From: Camelus dromedarius
Taxonomy: Eukaryota
Length of the DNA: 64,000 bases
Reading direction: 5' to 3'
Assembly: GCF_036321535.1 (NCBI RefSeq)
Contig: NC_087447.1
Location: 32,366,001-32,430,000, forward strand
Shown: positions 12,337 through 25,729 of the stretch, piece by piece
How the letters are laid out: each line of letters begins with the position of its first letter
Numbering within the stretch: the stretch's first letter is position 1
Position numbers and translations under genes: made by a program
Notes under the pieces: generated by a model
Database searches by the model: none
Told to the model about the DNA's origin: nothing
Seen by the model: only the letters and a program-made list of their open reading frames with translations

Positions 12337-13515
12337 CTGTGAAGCAATCAAGAGAGAGTTAGCAAATCCTGTCCAGGAATAAAGAAATGATTTCCAAAAA
12401 ACAGACATGCATACAAACAAACTCTCAGTGTGATCACTCACGTGAAAGTATGTATGTGTGTGATACTTAAAGTTGGAAGAAAACAATAAAGAATAAATGA
12501 AAGGAAAAAAAAAGGAGACTCCAAAGTAAATTTCCCTAAATCCTTTTACAGTAACTTTGAATAATACACATTTGTGACTGGATTAAGGAAGCAAGCAGAG
12601 AGAAAAAAAAAAAATGAAGGAAACATGAGAATAATGGAAATGTAAAGTAAAATATGTATGATAGGTATTCTGTTAAGTATGTCTGTGTACATCAGTCGAA
12701 AAAAGGAAAATCACCACAGTTATACTGGGACTATGTATAGTATGGAAAGTTCACCCAATAGTGTAAAATATTTCATTACTGAAAAAAAAAACTGAAATTA
12801 CCATCACCATGTATGTGTGTGTATGTGTGTGTGTGTAATTACATTTTTTAGGAGGAGTTTCCAAAGCTTTAATCAGATCCAAAAAAGATAAACAATCTTT
12901 TATTACCATTAAAATATTTCATTACCAAAATACTAAAAAAAAAAAAAAAAAAAGACAAGGTCATTTGATAATTTAAATACTGAGTTGTCTTCCATCTTGT
13001 GACCATGACCATTGTTTTTAAAATACCAAAGCAATTAACTAAAAACATCTGGGATAATATTTGAAAGAAAAACAACCTATGATACAAAAAGGCAAGTATT
13101 GTGTGTATTTTATAGTATAATGAAATAATAAAGAATCTAATAAAATTATCAATAAAGAGTTTCAGTTCTTGTCATGCAGAATTTGGCTTAAATTGTTGCT
13201 TTCCTGGAATAGGCTCAAGAGACTTAAGCAATTGGTGACTAAGCAGTGAAAACCCCCACCCTGTAAACTGATGAGCCCTAACACGTACAGTTGAGTTAGA
13301 ACTGCCGTTATTTACAGCAACGGATACAAGATGGATGTTGGTCACTGAATAACGAACATTTTAAATTATCTTCTTCTGTTGTGCTGAAATATTCCACCTC
13401 AGCACCTGGATTTTCTTAGGATCCTTCATGAGATTCACAAGTTACTATTTTTCCCAAATGTTTTACCTGAGGTCATGACAGAACTGTTAAGGGAAATGAA
13501 AGAGTTATACACTAC

Positions 13516-13720
13516 AGGACGTTATATGACTTTCATGGGCCCCTTCCTCTATTAAAAAAAAAATTAATTGAAGATAAATAAACAAACTAATATATGCTAC
13601 TATATTTGCTTTTTTGTTTATTACTTTTATTTTTAAAGAAATTAAAACATTTCCACAGGTTCCAAAATGTAACATGGGCAAGCACTGTGCCTACCACACC
13701 TAAAGGATGAGTTGGCTCTG
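13516..13720 (-). mobile_element. hAT-type MITE relic (MER53-like; subfamily uncertain)
   Basis: gactttcatgggcccc...gcactgtgccta...gagttggctctg resembles the reverse of a recalled hAT MITE consensus. Confidence 0.5.
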
Positions 13721-14609
13721 AGGTCACAGATTAACTGAGTACCACCACTTTAAGAGTGATGGGAGTGCAGGGTATAAAAAGTTCCCTAGACTAGTGGTAA
13801 AAAGCCTTCTGTGATAAATACACCTAACGTCAAGTTACTATGCAACTTTTCCAATATATGACATCCTCATGATTCAAAAAGCAATGGGTTCAATACCAGC
13901 AGTTGGTCCTGAAAAAGTACTGACTCAATAGTTAATATTTTTAAATGTAATTTTAAATATATCAAATGAAAATCACTAAAGGACGTGATTACAAAAAGAT
14001 AAAATTAACATTCTATAGACTAAAAGTTTAGAATTAATAACTATATTTCCATCATGCAGTAAATAAGTTCACTTTTTATCAAAAATGGATAACACTAAAA
14101 CTAATTAAAAGGTATTTTTAAAATCATTCCTATTTCCTTTTTACATCAGTAACTCTTTGGTGTATTTATTTCTGGTTTGTCTAAGCACCGAATTTTTTAA
14201 CATAGTAAATGATTATATTTAATATACACATTTTCTTACCTTTTTCACAATATTACTATACTATTAAAATAAATTTTCATATACTATAAACTTGCCATAA
14301 ACATAATTTGTCTATATATTTTCAATTCATTAAATTTAACGTGATTTGTTTGTAATAAGACACTTTACAGTCCCTTCTCTAGGAATAGAGTTGAAAACCT
14401 GTATTACTGGTGCTACAAAGAAGTTGTCAACAGCAACTTTCTCTCATTATATATAATTTGAACACTTTAAGTCCTACATTTTGAATTATTCTGCTATCTG
14501 TTTTAAGTCTATATATCTTTCAAACCCAAGATAATAATTATATCTATATAAAGTTTTATATATATATATAAAAGTTTTATATATATATATACATATATAT
14601 ATATATGGC

Positions 14610-16330
14610 AATGTCCAATTGGAATTTGAAAAAACATTTATGAAAGTATCATTGAAATATTTATGGACAGATTTAACATATATGTGCAAGACTTGTATGT
14701 GAAAAATGAAAATATTCCTGAGATAGACTAAAAATATCAAAATAGAGATATATTTTATGTTCACATATTGAAAGATTAATATTGTTACAATGTAAATTCT
14801 ACTCAAATTGATCTATAATTCTATGCAATACCAATCAAAATACCAATAAGATTTTTTTTTAAAGAAATTGGCAAGCTGATTCTAAAATGGAAATGGAAAT
14901 GGAAAGGATCCAGAGTAACCAAACAATGTCGCTAAAGAAGAACAAATTAGAAATACTTACTCTACCTGATTTTAATACTTACTACAAAGTGAAAGTAATC
15001 AAGACAGTGTAGTATTGGCATAAGAACAGACACATGATGGGGCAGAATAGAGAGTTTAGAAGTAAACTCACACATACATGGTCAATTTCCACAAAGGTCC
15101 TAAGGTAATTTATGAGGAAAGGATAGTTATTTCAACAGGTGGTACTAAATATGTGTATCAACAAAAAGTAAATAAACTTTGATCCTCATTACAAATCACC
15201 TACAAAAGTTAACTCAAAATGAATTGTAGACCAATAGTAAAATTTAAAACTATAAAGCTAAAGAAAATCTGAGAAAATTTCTTCTACTTTGGTGCAGATA
15301 AATATTCCTTAGCTAGAACACAGAAAGCATGGATCATAAAAGAAAAAGGATAAGAAATTGAACCTTGAAAATTTTAAAATTTGTTTTTCAAAAAATATTC
15401 TTAAGTAAATGAAAAGGAAAGTCACAGATTGGGAGAAAATATTTACAATAAATACGACTGACAAAGCTCTTGCATTCAGAATACCTAAACAATTTTAACA
15501 AATCAGTAAGAAGATAATCCAATTTTTAAAAATACACATAAGATTTGAACATATAGCTAACAGAAGAAGACATATAAATGGCTAATAAGCCCAAGAAAAG
15601 TTGTGCAACGTCATCATTCATCGGAGAAACGAGAACTGAAGCCGTGAGATACCACCATCATCCAGTTGCTAAAATTAAGAAGTTGACGATACTACGTGCT
15701 GGTGAGAATATAGACTAACTAGAACTCTACATACATTACTGGCAGAAATAAAAAATGTACAACCACTTTTAAATACAGTTCAGCAGTTTCATATGAAGTT
15801 ACACACTTTCCATATGACCCAGAAATTTTAACGAGAAATTAATGAAAAGAAATAAACATTTGTCTTCACAAACATTTCTTACCTGCATGTTCCTAACAGC
15901 TTTATTTATAATGGTCCTAAAACTGAAAACAATTCAAATATCTATCAACAGGTGAATGGATAAACAAATTTTGGTACATCCATACGATGGACTACTATTT
16001 AGCAACAAAATGAAACAAAAGAAATCAAAAAACTAACGTTGTTTTCAACAAGATTCAATTCACCAGTATCAATTGAAGTTCTGGATGCTTCAGCAACATT
16101 GTGCTGAACAAAAATTGTCCAAAGTCAGACACAAAATAGTATACACTATATGATTCCATTCACATACTACTTTTTTAAAAAAAATCAGCAGTTGCCTAGG
16201 GCAGAGATGAAATAGCAAAAGAAAGATTTTTGAAGTAATGGAAATCTATAACTTGACTGCTGTGATTTTTAAAATTCGTCAAACTGTGCACTTAAAATGG
16301 GTGCATTTTATTGTATGTAAAGTATAAACA
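14610..16330 (+). mobile_element. Old L1M (ORF2 3' half and 3' end)
   Basis: Motifs aatcaagacagtgtagtattggcataag, gattgggagaaaatattt, caacaggtgaatggataaacaaa. Confidence 0.85.
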
Positions 16331-17189
16331 ATAAGTTGATAATTTTTAAGAAGGTTCTGGCTTGAACAACTAGAGGGATAAACTGCATACACAGACCTGA
16401 GATACGAAAGCCTTCAGTGGAGCAGTTTTTGTCGGGAAGAAAGAAATTCCATTTTAAACATGTCAATGTTGAGATGTCGTTAGATATCCAAATGCATATG
16501 ATGGGGAAAGCACTTGAATGTTTAAGTCTGAAGGTCAGGAGAGATGTCTATTCTAGAAACTTAAATTTGAGTGTTACCACATATCAATGCTATTTAAACC
16601 AAGAGACTGAACAAGATCCCAGGAGAATGAATTAAATGTCTGAGCCCTGGAACAGTCATATCTAAATATATACATAGATCAATTATAAATACTAAGCTGT
16701 ATTCATACTAATTGCTTCTGGTCCATTTATTCAAAGGCACCTTCTGGTTGGTGTGTGCCTATGCCACGTATGTCCTTAAATATTTGGAGTACCATCCCTG
16801 AGGACACCCCTTCAAAACCTGTGAAGGCTGTTGGTTGTTATTAAGGCATGCCTCTAGTGTGCTCTTCCAATTCCCACTCCTCCTTTAAACACTAAGTACT
16901 TGACAAATTATTCCTCCCAAACACAAATGGCACTTACTCTGAGACAGGTTCTTTTAGGTATAATTTTCTCCATTTTTCTGTATTTCATTTAACGACCTTA
17001 GCACCCTTCTGTACTGACAATTTAGCTGGCCTTTCAGGTACTCAATCACATCCACCATGGACAACTTTACTTAAAATAAAATGTTAAATTATGTTAATTC
17101 TTCTGTATTTATAAAGGCATGTAGTGAAGCTCTATCATAATCACGGTAGTATTATAGTTTTTAATCCAAAAAGAAAATACGTCCAATGA

Positions 17190-17600
17190 TATCCTGCTGG
17201 GTATCTTTGGATTGTCTCAGCAGGTTCCCTCTCTACCCCTTTCTACCCTGCTTCTTCTCCTGGGAGGGAGGCCAGTTAGATATCAGAGAGCTCCTTTGAC
17301 CTCTGTCTTCCCACAAACGATGTCTTCTTTCTGAGGCTGGATTCAGGAAGACTGAACCCCTCCACTGAAGGGCACTGACCCTCTCAGGAATGTTTAAGTA
17401 CATGACTCTCTCCTGGGTTCTGATAACTGTTCCCTCCCTATTTCCTGCAGTTCTATGGATGGTAATAGATTCATGGTTACTAGATTGATACACACTGGGC
17501 TTCTCCTGAACCTCATTTTTGTAAAAGTTTTTTCCTTTAATTAAGCTCTCCTCAATTTATTCTATTTTGAGTATGCCTAATAGGACCCTGATCAATATAG
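17190..17600 (+). mobile_element. ERVL LTR relic (LTR33-like)
   Basis: 3' end ttaagctctcctcaa..ttttgagtatgcc..ggaccctga.caata resembles ERVL LTR termini. Confidence 0.45.
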
Positions 17601-17639
17601 ATTTTTCTTTTGTGGTATTTTTGTGACATTAAAAGAAAC

Positions 17640-18670
17640 CTTCCCTGGAGAAATGGCTGATTCTAGGACTGACCCAGGAAAAGTACAAGATGAGACGAGC
17701 TTAGAGCATCTTGTAGTGCCAGAAAGTAAGAAAATGCTAAAAATAAAACAAAACAAAATTAAAGGCTTATATCAAAGAGATGCAGGGGTCAATCAAAAAA
17801 GCTCTTAATCAAAGCAAGAACAATTTGAGCAACAAAGTAAATGAAAGAGTATTGGGTTTATAACACAAAATACAAAATAAATATCCATGCATCCATTCTG
17901 ATATAAATAAATACACAAATAATACATAAATAAATTTATGAATAAATAAGAGATAAACTTCCCATACAGAAGAATTCCAAATAACTCATTTACCCTTAAG
18001 GAGGTAGAGCATAAACCCCCAATCCTTAAGTATGGGCTGCACATAGTGACTTTCTTGCAAAGATTAGTACAGTATAAAATGGGAGATTAGAAAGAAAAAT
18101 TTCACAGTAGAGCAGTCTGACAAATAGGACTTCAAGTCAGGCAATAGAGGCTAACATCAAGAATGATAAATCATGTTGATAGAAAGCACCCTTCATACAG
18201 TGGAATGAAAATAGCATTTTCTATTGTCTTCCTCCCCCAAAATACACGTGACCCCAGTCGAATTATAAGGAAATCATCAGGAAAGTTATCACTGAAGGAC
18301 AGTCTACAAAGTACTTGACTAGTCTGCCTCAAAACTGCGAAGGTCTTTAAAAACAAGAAAAGTCTGAGAAACCATCACAGTCAAGAATAGCCTGAGGAGA
18401 TACGGCAATGAAATGCAATGTGGTGTCCTGGATGGGATCCTGGAACAGAAAAAGAACTTTAGGGAAAAACTAAGGAAATGTGAATAAAATATGGACTTTA
18501 GTTAATAATAAGGTACCAATATTGGTTCATAATTTGTAACAAATGTGCCATTCCTATACAAGATACTAATGACAGGGGAAAATGGATGTGAGGTGCAGGG
18601 AACTTGATGTACTATATTCATAATAAATCTGCAAACCTAAAACTATACTAAAATAAAAAGTTGATTAAAA
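17640..18670 (+). mobile_element. L1MC/L1MD-type 3' end
   Basis: ttccctggagaaatggctgattctagg; gtgccagaaagtaag; tcctggatgggatcctggaacagaaaaag; ends aataaaaagtt. Confidence 0.8.
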
Positions 18671-20623
18671 AACTTACTGTTTCATTTTAACTTGCTGTTT
18701 AACAAAAGAAAATGTCATCATAAAGGATGAAATACCATAGACCACTTTAAAACCAATTGGAATTTAAAACTTCAATTATTAGTATATGACACAATTGGGG
18801 AAATTATTGCAACTTCTATCATGGGCAAGGGGATAATAATAAATATGTAAAAAGTTCCCAAAAAATCAAGAGAAAAAAAGAAAAACTGAACAGCTTAACA
18901 ATAAAATAGACAGAATATATAAACAGAATGATCCAGTAAAATAAATTAAAATGACCATCAGTGCAGAAAAAAGACAAATGTGTCATTCATATTAAGAAAT
19001 ATGCAGACTTCAACTATGGTAGGATACAGAGCTAACTGAAGAAGCTCCACTAACTCTCTTTCTGACAGACAGGCAAAAACCGAAACTCATGAAAACACTG
19101 TTAATGAGATGGTAGAGAAATAGAACACATATATTTGTTAGAAATGCAAACTGGAGAGGACTTTAGCAATATATGGTAAGATTACATATGCCTTTATTCT
19201 TTGATACATCAATGCTTTTAGAAAGATACACATAGCCAAAATATATGACTTATCCTCAAGGGTTAAAGACTAAAAACAGAAAAGATTCCCAAGATTAAAG
19301 ACGACTCAAAGGTCCATCAGTAAATGGACTGGATGAATACACCATCCTAAACTCCCAATCAGAAAACCATGCAGCATGTAAATGAATGAGGATGAAATCT
19401 ATACACAACATAAAGTGAACTCTAGGATATGTTTTTAAGTGAAAACCAATGAACAGATCAGTATATAGAGTACGCTGCCTTTAGTGTAAGAAGTAGGAGG
19501 AAGATACATACACATAAGTATGTGCGTACACAAACACACACACACACACACATACACACAGAAAAGTAAAGGACACATTGGAAAGACAGAAGAAATAAAA
19601 ATGGTTACTACAGGAGGATTAAGAAGAAAAAGAAGGAAGAAAGTTTTCTCCAAGATGCTTTGTTTCATAATTTCAAATGCGACAGATTTACCTTCATGGT
19701 AATAAAGTCTAAGCTTCAGTGCCTCTTACTTGCACCAGTTTCTTCAAGGATTTAGGAAGGACTCTAGCAATGTGTTCTCACAGTCAGATATTTTGGTAAA
19801 ATTTTTAAAGTAAATTAGTGTCCCATTATTCTTAAAAAGTGACACCAAAATAGCATAAGCTTTAGGCTCCACTGAACCTTATTTGATCTGTGGTTTTCAC
19901 CTCTGGAATCTTGTAAATGTTTTACATGATCAAAAAACGAAAATAAATTAAAAAGAAAACAAACCAATAAAATTTCAGGTATTATAATATGATCAACCCC
20001 ACAACCTTCACTCTGGAACATAATGATCAGTACGCTAGTGAAAAGCAAAGCATCTGTATCAAAATTGTCAGGATGAAAATAACACTCTGTTTCTCCATCT
20101 TCCCAAATAGCATCTTTTATTTAATAAGCAACTAATGGAAATTTTTGAATCCCTTTATTAACTTCTTAATTGATATTTAAATCTGATTTTCAGATAAACT
20201 GCACTTCTTCAGGATTACTCTTAGGTATGTACTTACAGGTAAGAAGATGTATGCAGAGAAAATACTAAACTAGGCCTCAGAAAACTTGAGTTCTGCTCTA
20301 GTTCAGGGTCTGCCCTTTACACATGTGGATAATGTTGGTCACGTCATTAAGCCTCTCAGATTCTTCATTTTTTCATCTGTAAAACTGAGAAAGTAAAATG
20401 CAAGCAAAGTGCTAGGCTTTTTGTGTCATTCTCATTACTGTGGCTTATGACACTTTCTTTCCCATAAGAAACTCCTTTTGGCCAAAGTAATAAACTCTAA
20501 AATGTCATGTATGAGAACCTGAAAAATTACTGTGAACTGAGGGAGAGAGTGCTGCCATCGCTGACTGCAGAAGGACAGCCTGTTGTGTCCATGCAAGAAA
20601 GTATAGTAGTGACGGCCGCTTAC

Positions 20624-20671
20624 CCTTGGTTCTTCACTGATGAGATAGCTGGACTCTCTGCTGCTCTGGTC
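20624..20671 (-). CDS. ANO5: ANO5 exon 3 (48 nt; DQSSRESSYLISEEPR)
   Basis: Acceptor ttctattaccag|, donor AGG|GTAAGC. Similar to human SLSSRETSFLINEETM. Confidence 0.9.
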
Positions 20672-22149
20672 CTGGTAATAGAACCATGGAGAAGATACAA
20701 CACTGTTAATAACAGTGCAAGTGGGGAGCATATGACTTTCAACAACAAAAACTCTAGGTTCTCTATGCAGAAATCCTGCAATTAAGAGGAGCTGTGAAAC
20801 ACCTGAAATCGGATGCAAAACTGCGTGTATATGTGTGCTTATGCATGTGTGGGTGTGTAATGTGTGTGTGTATGAGTATGTGTATGGGGGGCTGTGGAAG
20901 AGAGAGCTTGGAAAAGAACGAAAATTTTGGAGGTAGTTTTAACAAATCATAAAAAAAAAATCTGAGACACAAGAAACTGTTAGGTCCTACACTGCAGAGA
21001 AATAACAAGGAGCCCCATTCCTTTAATGATGCTGAATTCTGAACAGGACTGAAAGGAAGGGCAGACTTAATTGGCTATTTTAGGCCTTTCAACATTTGTT
21101 TGAAATTATTAAAGTGAATACCATGGAAAATGTCCCACCAGAATGCATAAGGATTTGTACTTACAACTCAAGAGAAAAGCTATACGTGGATATAGATACA
21201 CACTATAGACGTAATAACACTATTGTAGTTAAAGCAATAATGATGCCACCCTTGGTGTACCGCGGATTTCAAATCTTCATGCTCCACGATGGACTGCACA
21301 CAACAGCACACACTCCTGAGATCACCTCTAAGCAGTGTCTAGTGACAGTTATAGAAGGGTGCCCAGGAGAAGCAGTCACCAGCAGAAATGCCCTGAAACA
21401 TATGTCCAGACTGGGAATTCACTTACCTGGTTCTTCGAAAATCACAAACAGCATCTCATTACACCTAGGTAATACTGGGCAGATCAGTTTTCAAAAATAG
21501 AAAATTAAAAGTGCTAGGGGCATACTTAAAAACAAAAAAAAAAGAACAATTTGGAAATTCACCACTACTACAAAAGTTAAGTTGCAGAATGTATCACCAA
21601 AAAAAGTGGTAATGTATCTGTGTTCTTAAGGAGGACGAGAAGAGATAATTTTGAACGCGTGTCAATTTTCATTCTACAGTATTGAATGTAAACTACATAA
21701 AAAGATGAATGTCATCTATGGTGTTAAAGTTATGCTGAAACAGTGGAAGACTTGTGGGAAGGCCGAGAGTCTGTGAGTGAATACATGTCGAAATCCCATT
21801 TCACTGATACATGATTCTGTGTGTGCACCTTGAAATGAATCCCATTAACTCATCTAAATACATCAAATATCAAATAAAGCTAATGAGTATCTTGATCACT
21901 CAATTCTGAAACAGCAGCCTCTGATATAAATTGTGCATCTATATTTCTGCCTTTAAAACAATATACGAATTTATTATAGCTTTGCTTTATACGTAACTTA
22001 CAATGTAATTTTTTTCAATTATGTTAGAGAATAGTCAGTTGTTTTACTTACAAGAGAGTACAAGAAAACCATATACTAAACGTTTCAAAAACAGGCAGAA
22101 TGCTTACTTCACAATACCTCACTTTAGGAAAAACGAGATTGTTGTGACT

Positions 22150-24430
22150 TTCTAATTAGAAGGTTTCTATGTGAATCTTGTTTTCATTTCTGTAGAATAA
22201 ATGCCCAAGAGTGTGATTAGAGTCACATGGTAAGTGTATGTTTATGTTTTTATGAAACTGCCCAACAGTTTTCCAGATTGACTGGACCATTTTGCATCCC
22301 CACCAGCAGTGCATGAGATCCAGTTTCTCTTCGGCCTCACCAGTATTTGGTATTGTCACTATTTTCCATTTTAGCTGTTCTAATAGGAGTGCAGTGATAT
22401 CTCACCTTGGTTTTATTTTGTAATTCCCTAATGGCTAATGATATTCAGTATCTTTTCATGTGTTTATCTGCTATCCATATATCCTCTTTAGGGAAACATC
22501 TCATCATGTGTTTGCCCATTTGGGTTGACTGCTTTTTAACATTTTGCTTTGCTGTTTCTTTATATATCATAGGCATGAGTCCTTGGTCAGATATGTGATG
22601 TGCAAATATTCTCTCCCAGTCTGTAGCTTGCCTGTTCCTCTTAACAGGATCATTCACAGAACAAAAGTTCCTAAATTTGATAAAGTCCAATTTATCAATT
22701 TTTTTCTTTTATGGATCATGCTTTTGTCTAAGAACTCTTCATAAAGTCCTAGTTTCCAAAGATTTTCTCCATTTTTTCATTCCAAAAGCTTTACAGTTTT
22801 AGGGTTTACCCTTAAATCTATGATAATGTTGAGTTATATTTGTATACATTGTGAGGTTTAGGTCAAAGCTCATAATTTAACCTATGGATATCCAAATGCT
22901 CCAGGACATTTGTTGAAAAAAGTATCTTTCTTCTAGTGAATTACTTGTGCGCATTTGTCCAAAATCATTTGGCTGTACTTGTGTTGGGCTATTTCCACAG
23001 TTTCCATTCTGTTTCATTAATCTACAAACCTCTTTCTGCAAATACCACAAAGTCTTGATTAGACTGCAGCTAAAAAAGAAGTCTTTAAATTGGGTAGACT
23101 GATTCCTTCTACCTGTTCTTCTTTTTCCAAAAGTGTTCAATCTCTTCTACTTCCTTTGCATTTCCTTAGAACTATCTTGTCCATATCTAGAAATAATCTT
23201 GTTGAGATTTTGATAGCAATTGTATTAACTTATATACCAATTTGGGTTTCCATGTGTTCACTGCTTGTGTATAGAAATACAATTGATTCCTATATGAAAT
23301 TCATTTCTTCTAGGATTTTTTGTTTGTTTGTTTTGTAAATTTCTTGGGATTTTAGACCATCATGTCATCTGCAAATAGGGAGAATTTGATTTATTTCTGT
23401 CTGATTCATATGCCTTTTATTTTCTTTCCTTATCGCAAGAACTTTCAGTACTATGTTTAATAGCAATGGTAAGTGAAAACATCCTTACCATCTTCCTGAC
23501 CGTAGGAGGAAAGCATTCAGTCTTTTACTATTAAATGTGATGTTACTGTAAGTGTTTTATAGATGTTCTTTATCAGGCAAGGAAGTTCCACTCTATTCTT
23601 ATTTTTCTGAGAATCTGTATACATAGACATTGAATTTAGGTAAATTTTTTTTCTGAAAAAAATAGATAAAATTATGTGATTTTCATTCTTTAGTCTTTTA
23701 ACATGAAGTACGCAAATTGATTTTTGAAAAGTGAATGAGCCTTCCATCATTGGAATAATACCATTGGTTATGGTATTAAATACTTCTCATATTCTATTTG
23801 CTATATTTTACTAAGGATTTTTGTGTCTATGATCATGAGCGATATTAGTCTGTAGGTTTTTTTTTTTCGTTCTGTCTTTGTTTGGTTTAATATCAGGGTA
23901 ATGTGAGCCTCTCAAATGAACTGGGAAGTGCTCATTCCCCTTCTATTTTCAGGAAGATACTGTATAAGATTGGTCTTAATTATTCTTCAAATATTTGGTA
24001 GAATTTTCCAATGAAACCATTTGGGCCTAGAGATTTCTTTGGGGGAAGTGTTTTAATTACCCATTTGATTTCCTTAATAATCATAGGACTAGTCAAATTA
24101 TTAATTTCACACGGAGTGGGTTGAGGTAGTTTGTGCTTTTTGAGAAATTTATTCATTCTACCTAAGTTGTCACATTTATAAGTGTAGAATTATTTTTAAT
24201 ATTCCTTTATTATCATGTTGCTATCCACAGAGCCTGTAAGTGATATACCTTTTTTACTCCTATATTGGTCATATGCATCTCTTCTCTCTCCCTCCCTCCC
24301 TCCTTTCCTCCGTTTCTCCCTCTCTTCTTTTTATCAGTCTAGCTAGAGGCTTATCAATTTTATTACCTTTTCAAAGAGCTGGCTTTTTGTTTCAATGTTT
24401 TTCCCTAATACTTTTGTTTCCAACTTACTA
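22150..24430 (-). mobile_element. Old L1M ORF2 fragment
   Basis: Minus-strand ORF remnants MDFIKFRNFCS...RQATDWERIFA are L1 ORF2-like. Confidence 0.85.
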
Positions 24431-24996
24431 GAAAATTACTAAATATCATGATGTATGATATTTCCAAAATACTATGGTTTAAATTTAAGAAAATAAATTT
24501 CTCAGTTTGCAAGGCAAATATAAAGTCTTAAAAATCTGAGCAAAAGTGTTTCAGATGAGTCAAATACGCAACATCTATTGCTGTTGAATGTGCAAAGAGA
24601 TAAGGAACAGCATAAATATGACTTGACGAAATTATTTTATTCTAAAGAAGTTTAAGTCTGGAATATATAAGTAAATATGAAAGATACACAAAGAAGCAAA
24701 GAATATGAACCGTAATTGAAGTTAACTTGAGCAACACATATAAAGATCTGTGAGGAATATATTATTGTTATGTCAATATGAACAGAATAAAAATGACAGT
24801 ATACTTATTATCATTTGAATTGCATTAGTCAATCTCATAAGATAAATCTTTTCTCAGTCTGCTCCAAAGACATGAAACCTTTAATTTTTGATGTTCTTTA
24901 TTTTCTAGATAATTGTCTTGGTTCACTCACTCACTCAGTAAATACATTCTCTGTACCACGGCACATCACTTTAGTTGTGGGGCCTCTGCTTCAGGA

Positions 24997-25186
24997 CAGT
25001 GGTTTTCAAACTTTAACGGCAATATGAGTAACCTGTGATGCGTCTTTTTAAATCATGACTACCTAACCTCATCCCCAATGACACTGATTAGTAGTCTGAG
25101 GTAGGTCCCAGGAGTCTGCATTTTTAAGAAATTCTTTATATAATCCTTATTCAGGTGGTGTACAAATTACACTGTAAAAATTACTG
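24997..25186. mobile_element. MER5A-like hAT-Charlie MITE
   Basis: cagtggttttcaaact ... gagtctgcatttttaa ... aattactg with CAGTG/CTG-type termini. Confidence 0.7.
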
Positions 25187-25729
25187 GACCAAATAATGTT
25201 CATAGTTTATTCAATTCTCATATTCTATTTCACTTAGTAGTTTGGTCACTGAGCTTCTAAAGAATTCCAGAACTTCTAGAAATCTTAAGTCAAGGAGCTC
25301 ATTCAGCCAGTTTATCCAGCAATTAGCATAGAGTCAACCTATTCTGATAGATTGTGTTTCCCAAGGTGGGAATTTCAATCGCTCCTAAGAAGCTGTTTTT
25401 AGAGAGAGTTTTTCTATTTGGCTGACATCCCTAAACCAATTCAAGGACATCCACCTCCATGAGTACTGCTCTGGGTCAACTAGAATCTACCAGAATGATT
25501 ATTTTATCTGAAATATCTTCAGAATGCTTCCACTTTGTATACAAAAAAAATCTAAGTTGTTGGTATCCATTTGCAAGTTTATGTAAAACATAATTTAAGG
25601 CCTTTGCTTAAGAGAACCCTGAATTTTTACAAACTGTATTTTAATTTTATTACTTATTATTTTACTTAATACATTCCCTTAATTCAGATTGAGTCACTTA
25701 AACTCTGGCACAGTCATCAATAAGTACTT

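Noticed and set aside
14540..14606. AT-rich quasi-palindrome
   Set aside because: Ordinary (TA)n low-complexity sequence at an L1 edge.
21096..21500. 134-aa plus-strand ORF
   Set aside because: TTG start, no recognisable homology, antisense inside an intron. Treated as chance.
24440..24700. Possible hAT transposase C-terminal relic (Zaphod-like)
   Set aside because: The resemblance is too faint to support without an HMM search.
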